Assembly (NCBI GenBank): GCA_963727625.1 | Contig: CAVSHR010000002.1 | Location: 288,001 to 352,000, forward strand | Length of the DNA stretch: 64,000 bases | Direction of reading: 5' to 3' | From: an uncultured delta proteobacterium | Lineage (GTDB): Bacteria > Desulfobacterota > Binatia > UBA9968 | Shown here: positions 39,794 to 49,940 of the stretch, in pieces | Layout: each line of letters begins with the position of its first letter | Position numbering within the stretch: the first letter of the stretch is position 1 | Notes under the pieces: model-generated | Database searches by the model: none | Seen by the model: only the letters and a program-made list of their open reading frames with translations | What the model was told of the DNA's origin: nothing | Program-made: the position numbers and the translations under genes

Positions 39794-41395
39794 ATGCGGC
39801 AAAGCGTTCTAACCCGACTCACAGTGTTTGGGATTGCGACTTTAGCGGCGCTGGTCTATTTGGTTCCGACTTTTGTCGGGACTTTGCCGGATTGGTGGAG
39901 CAGCTTCATGCCGTCGGATAAAATCCATCTGGGATTGGATCTGCAGGGCGGCAGCCACTTGGTTCTTGAAGTTAAGGTCGACAAAGCGGTCGAGAATAAT
40001 CTCGACCGGATTCGCGCCGATCTGACCAACGTTTTGCGGGAGAAAGGGATCTCCGGTGTCGGCGTGGAAAAAATCGACGGCACGCAAATCCAGGTCAAGG
40101 CGCAGGCGGCGAACGCCGAACGGGTGCGCGGCTTGTTGAAGAGCGATTTCGGTTATCTAGTGGAAGCGCGAACACCGCAGACCGTCAGCGGGAACACGGA
40201 ATTTGATCTGACTCTGAGTAAAGAAGAGATGCGTTCCTTGCGCGACTACGCGGTGGATCAGTCCCTGGAAACTATTCGCAACCGGATCGATCAGTTCGGC
40301 GTCAGTGAGCCGATCATTCAACGCCAGGGGCAAACCAATATTTTGATTCAGTTGCCGGGCATTCAAGACCCCGAGCGCGCCAAGGAGATTATCGGCAAGA
40401 CGGCGCTCTTGGAGTTCAAGCTGGTCGATGACAACGCCAATATCGAGGACGCGCTCAAGAACGGTCCGCCGCCCGGCCGCCAACTGCTCTACGGCCACGC
40501 CGGTAAAAGCGAAGGCATCGGCGCCGAAAAGCAGGCCTATGTAGTCGAGTCGCGCGCGCTAATGACCGGCGAATATATCCAGGACGCGCGTGTGCGTCCG
40601 GCGCAGCAGCTGCAAGGCGCGTCGGTGGAGCTGATTTTAAACGGCGCCGGCGCGCGGATTTTTGAACAAATTACCGCGGCGAACGTGAAGCGGCGGCTGG
40701 CCATCGTACTCGACAATCGGGTCTATTCGGCACCGGTAATCCAGGAGCGGATCGGCGGCGGTCGAGCTTCGATCACGGGAAATTTCGATATTAAAGAAGC
40801 CAGGGACCTGGCAATCGTGTTGCGCGCCGGCGCGTTGCCGGCACCGGTCGAGATCGCCGAAGAACGGACCGTGGGGCCGTCTCTCGGACAAGACTCGATC
40901 CATCAAGGCGTTACTTCGTTTATTGTGGGCGGCTCGTTGGTGATCCTGTTTATGATCCTCTATTACAATGGCGCCGGCGTTCTCGCCGTGGTGGCGGTGG
41001 TGGTCAACATACTCTATATGATGGCGATTCTGGCTGGGTTTCAGGCGGTCTTAACGCTTCCGGGCATCGCCGGAATCGTGCTCACTATCGGCATGGCGGT
41101 GGACGCCAATGTTTTGATCAACGAACGTATCCGCGAGGAATTGCGGGGGGGGCGAGCGGTGCGCTCGGCAATCGAAGCGGGTTACAAGAATGCCTTGCCT
41201 GCGATCTTGGACTCGAACATCACGACTTTTCTTTCGGGCGTCATTCTTTTTCAGTTCGGCACGGGACCGATCAAAGGCTTCGCGGTAACGCTTTGCGTCG
41301 GCATTCTTACGACGATCCTAACGGCGGTGTATCTGACCCGGATCCACTACGATTATCGAATGAGCTCCCGGAAACTTGAACGCATCAGCATCTGA
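39794..41395 (+). CDS. secD: Protein translocase subunit SecD
   Basis: LGLDLQGG, RIDQFGVSEP, LRAGALPAP and GMAVDANVLINERIREE motifs. Confidence 0.95.
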   Translation: MRQSVLTRLTVFGIATLAALVYLVPTFVGTLPDWWSSFMPSDKIHLGLDLQGGSHLVLEVKVDKAVENNLDRIRADLTNVLREKGISGVGVEKIDGTQIQVKAQAANAERVRGLLKSDFGYLVEARTPQTVSGNTEFDLTLSKEEMRSLRDYAVDQSLETIRNRIDQFGVSEPIIQRQGQTNILIQLPGIQDPERAKEIIGKTALLEFKLVDDNANIEDALKNGPPPGRQLLYGHAGKSEGIGAEKQAYVVESRALMTGEYIQDARVRPAQQLQGASVELILNGAGARIFEQITAANVKRRLAIVLDNRVYSAPVIQERIGGGRASITGNFDIKEARDLAIVLRAGALPAPVEIAEERTVGPSLGQDSIHQGVTSFIVGGSLVILFMILYYNGAGVLAVVAVVVNILYMMAILAGFQAVLTLPGIAGIVLTIGMAVDANVLINERIREELRGGRAVRSAIEAGYKNALPAILDSNITTFLSGVILFQFGTGPIKGFAVTLCVGILTTILTAVYLTRIHYDYRMSSRKLERISI

Positions 41396-41405
41396 GAGGA
41401 AAAAC

Positions 41406-42308
41406 ATGGAACTGATCAAGCCGGGCACCAACATTCCATTTACACGCTATCGTAAAATCGCGTTGATCCTTTCGACCGTGGTCAATCTGGCCGTGCTGCT
41501 GGCGCTTGTCCTAAAGGGACCGAATCTCGGCGTCGACTTCGCCGGCGGCACGATGGCTCAGGTGAAATTTCAGCAACAGGTTTCAATCCCGGAAATCCGG
41601 CATGCCCTCGACAAGGTCCATTTTACTGGCGCAGTGATCCAGGACTTCGGCGCGCCGGACGCTCATGAATATTTGATCCGGTTGGAGAAAACTTCAGTGG
41701 AGCTAGGTGCCTTGGGCGAGCAGATCAAAAAAACTTTGAGTGAGCAATTCGGCGCGAGCAAGTTCGAAGTGCGGAGAATCGAGTCGGTGGGACCCAAGGT
41801 GGGCGCAGATTTGCGTTTTCGCGGCGCGATGTCGGTCATCGCGGCGACCATCATGATGGGCCTCTACATCTGGTTTCGTTTCCAACTGCGTTTCGGTGTC
41901 GGCGCGGTGATCGCCTTGGTTCATGATCTGCTGGTTACGGTGGGTGCGCTGTTATTGGCTAATTACGAGTTCGATTTGACCATTGTGGCGGCGTTGCTCA
42001 CGGTCGTCGGCTACTCGGTCAACGACACCGTCATCGTCTGCGATCGGATTCGCGAGAATATGCGCAAGATCAAGCGCGAGACCCTCGAAAGCATCATCAA
42101 CACCAGCATCAACGAAACTTTGAGTCGAACCATTATCACGGTGAGTACCGCAATCATGGTGCTGGTCGCTCTCTATGTGCTCGGTGGTGAGGTCATTCGG
42201 CCGTTCGCGTTTACTTTGCTGGTCGGATTTTTTTCCGGCGTTTATTCGACCATTTTTATCGCCAGTCCGGTGATTTTGTTTTGGGAAAAGAAACCGGCCA
42301 GGAAATAG
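41406..42308 (+). CDS. secF: Protein translocase subunit SecF
   Basis: GVDFAGG, VGPKVG, ALVHD and GYSVNDTVIVCDRIREN motifs. Confidence 0.95.
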   Translation: MELIKPGTNIPFTRYRKIALILSTVVNLAVLLALVLKGPNLGVDFAGGTMAQVKFQQQVSIPEIRHALDKVHFTGAVIQDFGAPDAHEYLIRLEKTSVELGALGEQIKKTLSEQFGASKFEVRRIESVGPKVGADLRFRGAMSVIAATIMMGLYIWFRFQLRFGVGAVIALVHDLLVTVGALLLANYEFDLTIVAALLTVVGYSVNDTVIVCDRIRENMRKIKRETLESIINTSINETLSRTIITVSTAIMVLVALYVLGGEVIRPFAFTLLVGFFSGVYSTIFIASPVILFWEKKPARK

Positions 42309-42420
42309 CCGGCGCTGAAGTCGCAGTTAGGAACCGCGCGAAACGATTGCAAAGGCATTACGGTGAGAATCGAGCATTTCCTATTACAGCATTTACTTCT
42401 GATGCAGCGTTTTGACTGAA

Positions 42421-44151
42421 ATGCTGACTGCTTCGCGTAAACGCTGGGTTATCAAAGAAGCCGACCCGCAAACCGTCGCCCGCCAAGGCCAACAACTCAA
42501 TATATCGCCTTTGTTGGCGCGCCTGCTGGTTTTGCGCGGTTTTGCCGACGCAGCATCGGCGCGCCGTTATTTGTCGTCGAGCCTACGCAGCGACCTGCCG
42601 TCACCGTTCGAAATGGCCGACATGGAGCCGGCGGTGCGGCGCATCGTTGCGGCGGTCAAGAGCAAAGAACAGATTGGTGTCTGGGGCGATTACGACGTCG
42701 ACGGCACCACCGGCGCTTCAATCCTGGTGTCGTTTCTTCGCGAGGTCGGCAGTGAACCGATCTATTACGTGCCGCACCGCATCGAAGAAGGCTACGGCTT
42801 GAATGTGGAAGGCTTGCGCCGGCTGAAACAACGCGGCTGCGATTTGGTCGTCACCGTCGACTGCGGCATCTCCAATGCGGCGGAAGTCAAGGCCGCCGCC
42901 GAGATGGGCCTCGAAGTGATCGTCGTTGATCATCATCAACCCCCCGAGGAGTTGCCGCCAGCCCTTGCGGTGATCAATCCGCACCGCAAGGACTGTTCCT
43001 TTCCCGATAATGAACTTTGCGCCGCGGGCCTGGCCTTCTATCTCGTGATCGGGCTGCGCGCCAGGCTGCGCGAAGCGGGCTGGTTTGAAAGCTCGACGGA
43101 TCCCGACATCCGGCGGTATCTCGATATTGTGGCACTTGGAACCATTGCCGATATGGTGCCGCTCAGAGGGGTCAATCGCACGCTGATTCGGCGCGGCTTG
43201 GTCGAATTGGGCACCTCGACGCGGCCCGGCGTGGTAGCGCTCAAACAGGTGTCGAGCATTGCCGCCGGCGAAGTGAGTGCGGGCCAGGTGGGCTTTCGCC
43301 TCGGCCCCAGGATTAATGCCGCAGGACGGGTCGACTACGGAATCAAAGTCGTCGAGCTGCTCACCACCGACTCGCCCGAAGTTGCGTTGCGCATCGCCCG
43401 AGAGTTGGACGAGCACAACAGCGAGCGACGCACAATCGAGGCGGGCGTGCTCGAGCAAGCGCTGGCGCAGGCGCAGGCCGTCATGGCGCGCGGCGATCAC
43501 CGTTCACTTGTGCTCTCTGGGGAAGGATGGCATCCGGGCGTGCTCGGCATCGTCGCCTCGCGCATCGTCGAAAAATTTTATCGCCCCACCGTGGTGATCG
43601 GTTTCGCCGGCGGCACCGGCAAGGGCTCGGCGCGCAGCATTCGCGGCTTTCACATGGTCGAGGGTTTTCGTCGCTGCGCGCCGCATCTGGAAAAGTTTGG
43701 CGGCCATGAATATGCCGGCGGCTTGTCTATCAAGCTTGAGCGGCTCGAAGCTTTCACTAACGCATTCGAAGCCGTGGCGCGCCAAACGCTTGCCGACGAG
43801 GATCGGTTGCCGTTGCTCGAAGCGGACGCGTCACTGGTCTTTTCCGAAATTGGTTTACCGCTGGCGCGCGAGCTTGAAGTTCTCGAGCCGTACGGCATCG
43901 GCAATCCAGAGCCACTTTTCATTACCGCTGGGGTCGAGGTGTGCGGGCGAAAAATGTTCTCCGCTGGCGTCCGTTACCGCTTGCGTCAGGGAGGCCGGGT
44001 ACTAGGCGCGGTTATTTTCGGCGCCGGCGATGATTTCCCGGGTAAACCGGGCGAGACCATCGATGTAGCCTATCGCTTGAGCGAGAATGAGTGGAACGGC
44101 ACGACGAGCATGGAGTTGAAAATCGTCGATGTCCGGCCGGCGTCAGTTTAA
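42421..44151 (+). CDS. recJ: Single-stranded-DNA exonuclease RecJ
   Basis: GDYDVDG, EGYGL, TVDCG, DHH, PRINAAGR, GSARS and GGH motifs. Confidence 0.95.
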   Translation: MLTASRKRWVIKEADPQTVARQGQQLNISPLLARLLVLRGFADAASARRYLSSSLRSDLPSPFEMADMEPAVRRIVAAVKSKEQIGVWGDYDVDGTTGASILVSFLREVGSEPIYYVPHRIEEGYGLNVEGLRRLKQRGCDLVVTVDCGISNAAEVKAAAEMGLEVIVVDHHQPPEELPPALAVINPHRKDCSFPDNELCAAGLAFYLVIGLRARLREAGWFESSTDPDIRRYLDIVALGTIADMVPLRGVNRTLIRRGLVELGTSTRPGVVALKQVSSIAAGEVSAGQVGFRLGPRINAAGRVDYGIKVVELLTTDSPEVALRIARELDEHNSERRTIEAGVLEQALAQAQAVMARGDHRSLVLSGEGWHPGVLGIVASRIVEKFYRPTVVIGFAGGTGKGSARSIRGFHMVEGFRRCAPHLEKFGGHEYAGGLSIKLERLEAFTNAFEAVARQTLADEDRLPLLEADASLVFSEIGLPLARELEVLEPYGIGNPEPLFITAGVEVCGRKMFSAGVRYRLRQGGRVLGAVIFGAGDDFPGKPGETIDVAYRLSENEWNGTTSMELKIVDVRPASV

Positions 44152-44326
44152 CCCCAACTCGGTTTACGCTTTTCTCAAAGCGGTTGCCGAAGGGGTCGTG
44201 TTGTCACGCAAAGTTGCAGCGGTCGCAAAAAAGCCATCGCCAAGCATGCCAAAATCGACGACGGGCCGGACATCGGCCCCACCTATGAAGCTTTTGCACC
44301 CTACCCAAGTTTGGACGTTGATAGGG

Positions 44327-46165
44327 TCAATTGACGATCATCAGGTGACAGGTTCTCGGTAACCGCTTCATCAATCCCTTGACGACATGGCCGCGCAACA
44401 TGTGGTAGAAAGCCGAACGGCGCGAGGCGCCGATGATGACCGCATCGACGTCGAGCGCTTTGGCGGCGTTGGCAATAGCTTCGGCCGCGTTATGCGAAAC
44501 GGCCCAGATTGGAATCACTTCAATGTTCTTTTCGCGCACTCCGTGGAGGGCCGCGCGCAGAGTCCGCACGCCTTCCTCATTGGGAGCGTGCGGCGTGTCG
44601 CCGCTGAATAGTCCCGGCCACTCTTCGACGTAGACGCAATAAAGCGCCGCCTCGCCGCGTCCTTTGGCGCGGGTGATGCCCTCTTGGATAAGTCGCGGCG
44701 ACTCATCGCGCAGGGCTAACAGCGTCGACGAAGAATAGAGCGGTTTAACCTCGACGGCTTCCGCCAGGGTCATCAAGCCTTTGAGCTCATCTTCAACCAG
44801 GTCTTCAGAGGCTCGATAGGCGCGCGCCTGGAGGCGTTGAATGAAGGGGATGCGGACGAGCCAGTCGACGAACCAAGCGCGCCGCACCCCGACGGCGATC
44901 AACATGCCAATGGCGGTGACCGCTCCGCCAAAGTAGGTGGCCAGATGCTTCTCGACCAGATTGACGCCCCAGGCGACCATGACCATGAGCGTGGTAAACA
45001 CACCGAGCCAAAAGCCGGCGTCGCGTCGCCCGAGCTGCCAGCGAATAGTATCCAAGCTCAACGAGGAGAACACAAAGGCGCCCAGCAGGCCAAAGGCGTA
45101 CATGTCGCCGAGCACTTTCATCTCGCCTCCGCTCGAGATGATCACCAATATCGGAATCACCGTGGCAATGCCGACCGCGATATGCGGCGTATTGAATGGG
45201 ACATTGCGTACAGCGACGATCTTCGGCAAGAATCCGCCTTTCACCAAGGCGAGAAAGACATGATAGGAGCCGATGATGGCTGTGTTCGATGCGAACAAGA
45301 GCAAACTCGATGCGGTCAGAACCACGGCCAGTTTAATCCCAAAACCGCCGAGGATCATCCCCAACTCGGAGATAAACCGCTCGCTTTGAGTGGCTTTGAG
45401 TTGCTCGGGCAACAAGCCGATCGATAGCGCGGTCAACACCGGCGAGGTGACAACCATCGTGACGATCACCGCGACCATTGCCCACCGCGTCGTGCGGCGC
45501 AGCGGAAAACGCATGCTCGGGCTGAGCTGGCTGATGCTCTCCAAGCCGGAAAAAGCCAGCCAAGCGGAAGCGAAGCCAACGAGCAACTCGTAGTTGGAGA
45601 TTTCGTGGCCTGTGCCCAATTTGCTGATTACCGTGCTCCATTGAGCGCCGTCCATCGTGATCAATGCGATGCCGATAACGCACAGATTGACCAGAAACGA
45701 TGCGCAAGCCATGACCAGCGCCACGGTCGCGCTTTCGCGGATGCCGATCACGTTGAGCGCGGCGAGCACGCCTACGCCGATACATGAGAGCACCACGATG
45801 TGGTGATCGAGCGTGGTGAAGATGCTGCCGACATACTGAAATCCGGCGACCGCGGAAATCGCGGTGGTGAGAAAGTAGTCCACCGTGATGAGCATGCCGC
45901 CGAGGCAACCCCACATGGGGCCGAAGGCTTTGGTGGTGATCGTTACGACGCCGCCGCCCTCGGGATTGCGCCAGGAAATTTCGATGTATTTGAGCGATAA
46001 TAAGATAAAACCGCCGGTGGTGAGCAAGACGAAAAACGGCGTAGCGTCTTTGACATGGCCGTAGAGAATGCCCGGCACGTAGTACACGGACGTTCCGATA
46101 TCGCAAAAGACCACGGCCCACGCCAGGAACCAATTGAGCTGTCTTGTATCGCGGGTCGGTTGCAT
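44327..46165 (-). CDS. APC-superfamily (KUP/KimA-like) transporter with C-terminal USP domain, copy 1
   Basis: About 12 TM segments; CDIGTSVYY, PEGGG, FSGLESISQ and YAFGL; C-terminal USP-like end (AIANAAKAL.VD.VIIG.SRR...LRGHV). Confidence 0.8.
   Translation of the reverse strand: MQPTRDTRQLNWFLAWAVVFCDIGTSVYYVPGILYGHVKDATPFFVLLTTGGFILLSLKYIEISWRNPEGGGVVTITTKAFGPMWGCLGGMLITVDYFLTTAISAVAGFQYVGSIFTTLDHHIVVLSCIGVGVLAALNVIGIRESATVALVMACASFLVNLCVIGIALITMDGAQWSTVISKLGTGHEISNYELLVGFASAWLAFSGLESISQLSPSMRFPLRRTTRWAMVAVIVTMVVTSPVLTALSIGLLPEQLKATQSERFISELGMILGGFGIKLAVVLTASSLLLFASNTAIIGSYHVFLALVKGGFLPKIVAVRNVPFNTPHIAVGIATVIPILVIISSGGEMKVLGDMYAFGLLGAFVFSSLSLDTIRWQLGRRDAGFWLGVFTTLMVMVAWGVNLVEKHLATYFGGAVTAIGMLIAVGVRRAWFVDWLVRIPFIQRLQARAYRASEDLVEDELKGLMTLAEAVEVKPLYSSSTLLALRDESPRLIQEGITRAKGRGEAALYCVYVEEWPGLFSGDTPHAPNEEGVRTLRAALHGVREKNIEVIPIWAVSHNAAEAIANAAKALDVDAVIIGASRRSAFYHMLRGHVVKGLMKRLPRTCHLMIVN
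45885..45975. repeat. 91-bp near-identical direct repeat; partner at 47819-47909
   Basis: 89/91 identical bases by manual comparison. Confidence 0.85.
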
Positions 46166-46260
46166 CGAGGTGTTAGGAGGCAGTCAATATAGATATGAAA
46201 GCAGTCGGTTTCAATCTCGCAACTAGAGCCAAAGGTGCGGGTCGTGGTGGCAAGGCCGTT

Positions 46261-48099
46261 CTAATTGAAAATCATCAAATGACAATCGTGCGGCAGTTTC
46301 TTGGTCAGTCCTTTAATCACATGGCCTCGCAGCATGTGATAGAAGGCTGAGCGCCGCGACTGGCCAATGAGAACACCGTCGACATCGAGTGCTTTGGCCG
46401 CGTTGGCGATGGCCTCGCCGGCGTTGTGCGATACCGTCCAGATGGGTATGACTTCAATGTTTTTGTCCCGCACCTGCTGCAAAGCATGGCGTAACGTGCG
46501 AATGCCTTCTTCGTTGGGGCGGTGCGGCGTATTGCCATTGAACAGACCGGGCCATTCTTCGACATAAATGCAATAAAGCGTCGACTCGCCTCTGCCCCGA
46601 GCAAGGTTGATTCCGTGTTGAATCAGCGCGACATTTTCACCGCGAAGGGCCAAAAGCGAGGAGGCCGGATAAAGCGCTTTCAGCTCTACCGCGTCGGCGA
46701 GAGTTACCAGACCTTTCAGTTCTTCGTCTACCAACGCTTCGGAGGCGAGATAAGCGCGGGCTTGCAGGCGCTGAACGGCGGGGATTTGATGCAGAATGTC
46801 GACAAACCAAGACCGGCGCACGCCGATGGCGATGATCATTCCTATAATGGTCAAAGTCCCGCCAAAGATTGTGGCCAGCTCTTTGTAGACGAGATTCACG
46901 CTCCATGCCAATAAAACCATGCCGGTTGTGAGAACGCCGATCCAGAAAACAACGTCGCGCCGTCCCAGCCGCCAGCGAATCATGTCCAAGCTGAGCGATG
47001 AGAATACGAACGCGCCGAGCAGCCCGAAGGCATACATTTCTCCCAACAAGGCGATCTCTCCTTGAGTGGCGACGATGACCGCGAGGGGAACCAAGGTCGC
47101 GATAAAAATCGCGATGTGCGGACTGTTGAACCGGGTGCTCCGTAGCCCGATCACTCGGGGCAGAAAATTGCTGTTGGCAAGGGCTAGGAAGATATGGTAC
47201 GCGCCGATGATTGCAGTATTCGCCGCAAACAGAAGTAGGCAGGAAGCGCTGATCACCACTGCGAGTTTCAGGTTAAAGCCGCCAGAGAGCGACGCAATCT
47301 CCGAGATGAAGCGTTCGCTTTGGCTGGTTTTAAAATCGGGCGTCAGCAGATTAATCGACAAAAGGCTCAGCACCGGCGAAGTAAGGAGCATCGTGCCGAT
47401 GACGGCAAACATGGCCCATCTTGTGGTCTTCCGTAGCGGCAGGCGCATGGTCGGGCTCAACTGGCTGATGCTTTCCAGCCCCGAGAACGCCAGCCACGCG
47501 GCGGCGAAACCGACCAACAAGTCTGTGAAGGACATGTCGCGGCCCGGGGACAAGTTTGCCAAAGCGAGACTCCATTGCGTCGGAGAAAAACTAGCCAGCG
47601 AAACGATGATGACCACGAGATCTACGCCGAAGGCCACCAGCGCCATTAAGAGAGCCGCCGCGGCGCTTTCCCGGATTCCAATCACATTCAATACCGCGAG
47701 GGCGACGAGACCGGCGCAGGCCAAAAGAACAATGTGGTTTTCGAGAAAGTGGAGCACGCTGGCGATGTAGTGAAAACCGGACACGGTCGAGATCGCTGCA
47801 GTCAAGAAATAGCTTGTGGTGATGAGCATGCCGCCGAGGCAACCCCACATGGGGCCGAAGGCTTTGGTGGTGATCGTAACGACGCCGCCACCCTCGGGAT
47901 TGCGCCAGGTGATCTCGATGTATTTATGTGCCAGAGGAATAAAACCCAGGGACGTCAGCAAGATGAAAAAAGGCGTTTTGTCGGCGACGCTGCCGTACAA
48001 AATCCCCGGAACGTAATACACCGACGTGCCGATGTCACAAAAGACTACTGCCCAGGCCAGCAACCAAGTTAGTTGGCGGGTGTCTTTCGTAGGTTCCAT
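46261..48099 (-). CDS. APC-superfamily (KUP/KimA-like) transporter with C-terminal USP domain, copy 2
   Basis: Same length (612 aa) and same motifs as copy 1; tandem paralog. Confidence 0.8.
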   Translation of the reverse strand: MEPTKDTRQLTWLLAWAVVFCDIGTSVYYVPGILYGSVADKTPFFILLTSLGFIPLAHKYIEITWRNPEGGGVVTITTKAFGPMWGCLGGMLITTSYFLTAAISTVSGFHYIASVLHFLENHIVLLACAGLVALAVLNVIGIRESAAAALLMALVAFGVDLVVIIVSLASFSPTQWSLALANLSPGRDMSFTDLLVGFAAAWLAFSGLESISQLSPTMRLPLRKTTRWAMFAVIGTMLLTSPVLSLLSINLLTPDFKTSQSERFISEIASLSGGFNLKLAVVISASCLLLFAANTAIIGAYHIFLALANSNFLPRVIGLRSTRFNSPHIAIFIATLVPLAVIVATQGEIALLGEMYAFGLLGAFVFSSLSLDMIRWRLGRRDVVFWIGVLTTGMVLLAWSVNLVYKELATIFGGTLTIIGMIIAIGVRRSWFVDILHQIPAVQRLQARAYLASEALVDEELKGLVTLADAVELKALYPASSLLALRGENVALIQHGINLARGRGESTLYCIYVEEWPGLFNGNTPHRPNEEGIRTLRHALQQVRDKNIEVIPIWTVSHNAGEAIANAAKALDVDGVLIGQSRRSAFYHMLRGHVIKGLTKKLPHDCHLMIFN

Positions 48100-48193
48100 G
48101 AATGCGGCGCGGGCGCGAAAATTCGATGCTTTTAAAGGGCTCTTGCATTGATAGCGTCGTTCGACTTATCATGCAACCGAAGATTGAGCCCCT

Positions 48194-49348
48194 ATGGCCC
48201 TGCCCGTACAATACTTCCAAAAACTCGTCGAGAGTTGCCCGGACATTATCATTTCCGTCGATACGCACGGAACCATCATTTTTTACAACGATGGGGCACG
48301 CCAAAACCTCGGATTCAGTTACGAAGAGGTTTTGGGAAAAAATGTCCTGGAAATCTATCCGAATCTCGACGAAGCGCGCCGGGTGATGGCCGCCATGCGC
48401 GCCGATGACGCCGCGGGTAGAGGCCATGTGCGTAATTTCGAAACGGTTTTCAAAACGAAAAAGGGCGAAGAAATACCGGTCGCCATTTCCGCGTCGATCA
48501 CCTATGACGAGCAGGGACGGGAAATCGGCTCCATCGGCTTCGCTAAGGATCTGCGCGAGCTCAGACGGCGCGATCAACTCGCTACCCTTGGTGAAATTGC
48601 CGTTGGTCTGTCCCACGAAATCAACAATTCGCTGGAGATCTTGGTTAATCAAACTGAGATGCTGCGTAAGTACTTGGGGCGAAAGGCCAGCGACGAGGAT
48701 TATTTGGTCGAATCGGAGCGGTTGGATTCGCTGGCATCGCAGATCAAGAAAATTCAAGATATCACGGGCCGCATCGGCCAGATGGTCGATGAAGGGGAGT
48801 ACGGTACAAAGGAATATTTGAAAGGCACAAGGATGACAGATTTGCACGTCGAGGAGGCGGCAAAACCCTGCCACAGATCGATGCCCGATGCGCGTTTTCC
48901 GTTGAACGGCTTGCGGGTGCTGATCGTCGATGACGACGCTGGAGTGTGCCAATCTCTCAAAGACCTGCTCGAGGCCGAGCGCTGCTGCATCGAGACCGCG
49001 TCTTCCGGCGTTATCGCGATGAAATGTTTGGAACGCGAACAATTTGAACTTGTCCTGAGCGACGTGGTCATGCCGGACATGGACGGCTATGAACTTTATC
49101 AAACCGTCAAAATGAAAAATCCTAAACTGCCGGTGGTGCTGATGACCGCGTTCAATTACGACAAGGATCATATCATCAAGCGCAGCTGCCTGGAGGGCTT
49201 GCAGGGTGTGATATTCAAAAAGCCGGTTAACCCGGCGATGCTTAAAAAAATCCTCTTACAGCAATGTCGCCCCGAGCAAGCCGACCCCGTTTCCGTGCCG
49301 CACGCGCCGCCCGCAAATATTGCTGCCGTTAGTTTAAAAACTGACTAG
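48194..49348 (+). CDS. PAS-HisKA-receiver signalling protein lacking an HATPase domain
   Basis: PAS (PDIIISVD..G.I.FYN), H-box LSHEINNSL, receiver VLIVDDD...SDVVMPDMDG...KP; no N/G1/F/G2 boxes. Confidence 0.82.
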   Translation: MALPVQYFQKLVESCPDIIISVDTHGTIIFYNDGARQNLGFSYEEVLGKNVLEIYPNLDEARRVMAAMRADDAAGRGHVRNFETVFKTKKGEEIPVAISASITYDEQGREIGSIGFAKDLRELRRRDQLATLGEIAVGLSHEINNSLEILVNQTEMLRKYLGRKASDEDYLVESERLDSLASQIKKIQDITGRIGQMVDEGEYGTKEYLKGTRMTDLHVEEAAKPCHRSMPDARFPLNGLRVLIVDDDAGVCQSLKDLLEAERCCIETASSGVIAMKCLEREQFELVLSDVVMPDMDGYELYQTVKMKNPKLPVVLMTAFNYDKDHIIKRSCLEGLQGVIFKKPVNPAMLKKILLQQCRPEQADPVSVPHAPPANIAAVSLKTD

Positions 49349-49355
49349 CCATATT

Positions 49356-49703
49356 GTGAACAAAGAAGATTCTTACAATCAAGGGATGGAATGCTTCGCC
49401 CAGGACAAGTTGGACGAGGCGGTGGCCGCCTACCTGCAGGCGCTCGATGAGGATCCGAACTACGCCGACGCGCTGCACGCGTTGGCGATGACCTACGCCC
49501 ACCAGGAAAAGCTCGACCAAGCGATTGAAATCGGCAAACGGCTCATTGAAATTTCTCCGGACGACGAATTGGCCTATACCAGCCTGTCGATCTTCTACCA
49601 GCAAAAAGGCATGATCGCCGAGGCCGAACAAATCGCCGCTAAGGCGAGAACCCTCGGCTGGAAGCGCGAGCTGAACCAGAAGAAAGATCCCGACAAAGGT
49701 TAG
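49356..49703 (+). CDS. Small TPR protein
   Basis: TPR pattern (DPNYADALHALA, PDDELAYTSL). Confidence 0.8.
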   Translation: MNKEDSYNQGMECFAQDKLDEAVAAYLQALDEDPNYADALHALAMTYAHQEKLDQAIEIGKRLIEISPDDELAYTSLSIFYQQKGMIAEAEQIAAKARTLGWKRELNQKKDPDKG

Positions 49704-49940
49704 CGGACAGGTTCGAGACCTGTCGGCAAGCCTATCCAAATCAAAACCCGGCGCCGTCGCAAGCCGAAGATCGTCGCGCTCGCCTTCCGCTTGCTTTGTT
49801 TTGATCAAGCGGCATGTATTGCTCGGTTTTTTGCGACATTTCCCGGGGTCCTTGCAGTTTGGTTTTGGCTTGGATAATGAGTAGGAGGAGTGGCGCTTTG
49901 GGCGACCAAGAGTCCCTGGCGGCGCCGCGGAGAGAAAAGC

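Noticed and set aside
48035-49171. 378-aa minus-strand ORF and other long antisense ORFs (e.g. 7014-7868, 20637-21464, 42718-43500, 52737-53558)
   Set aside because: Shadow frames of well-supported genes in GC-rich DNA, with no recognisable motifs
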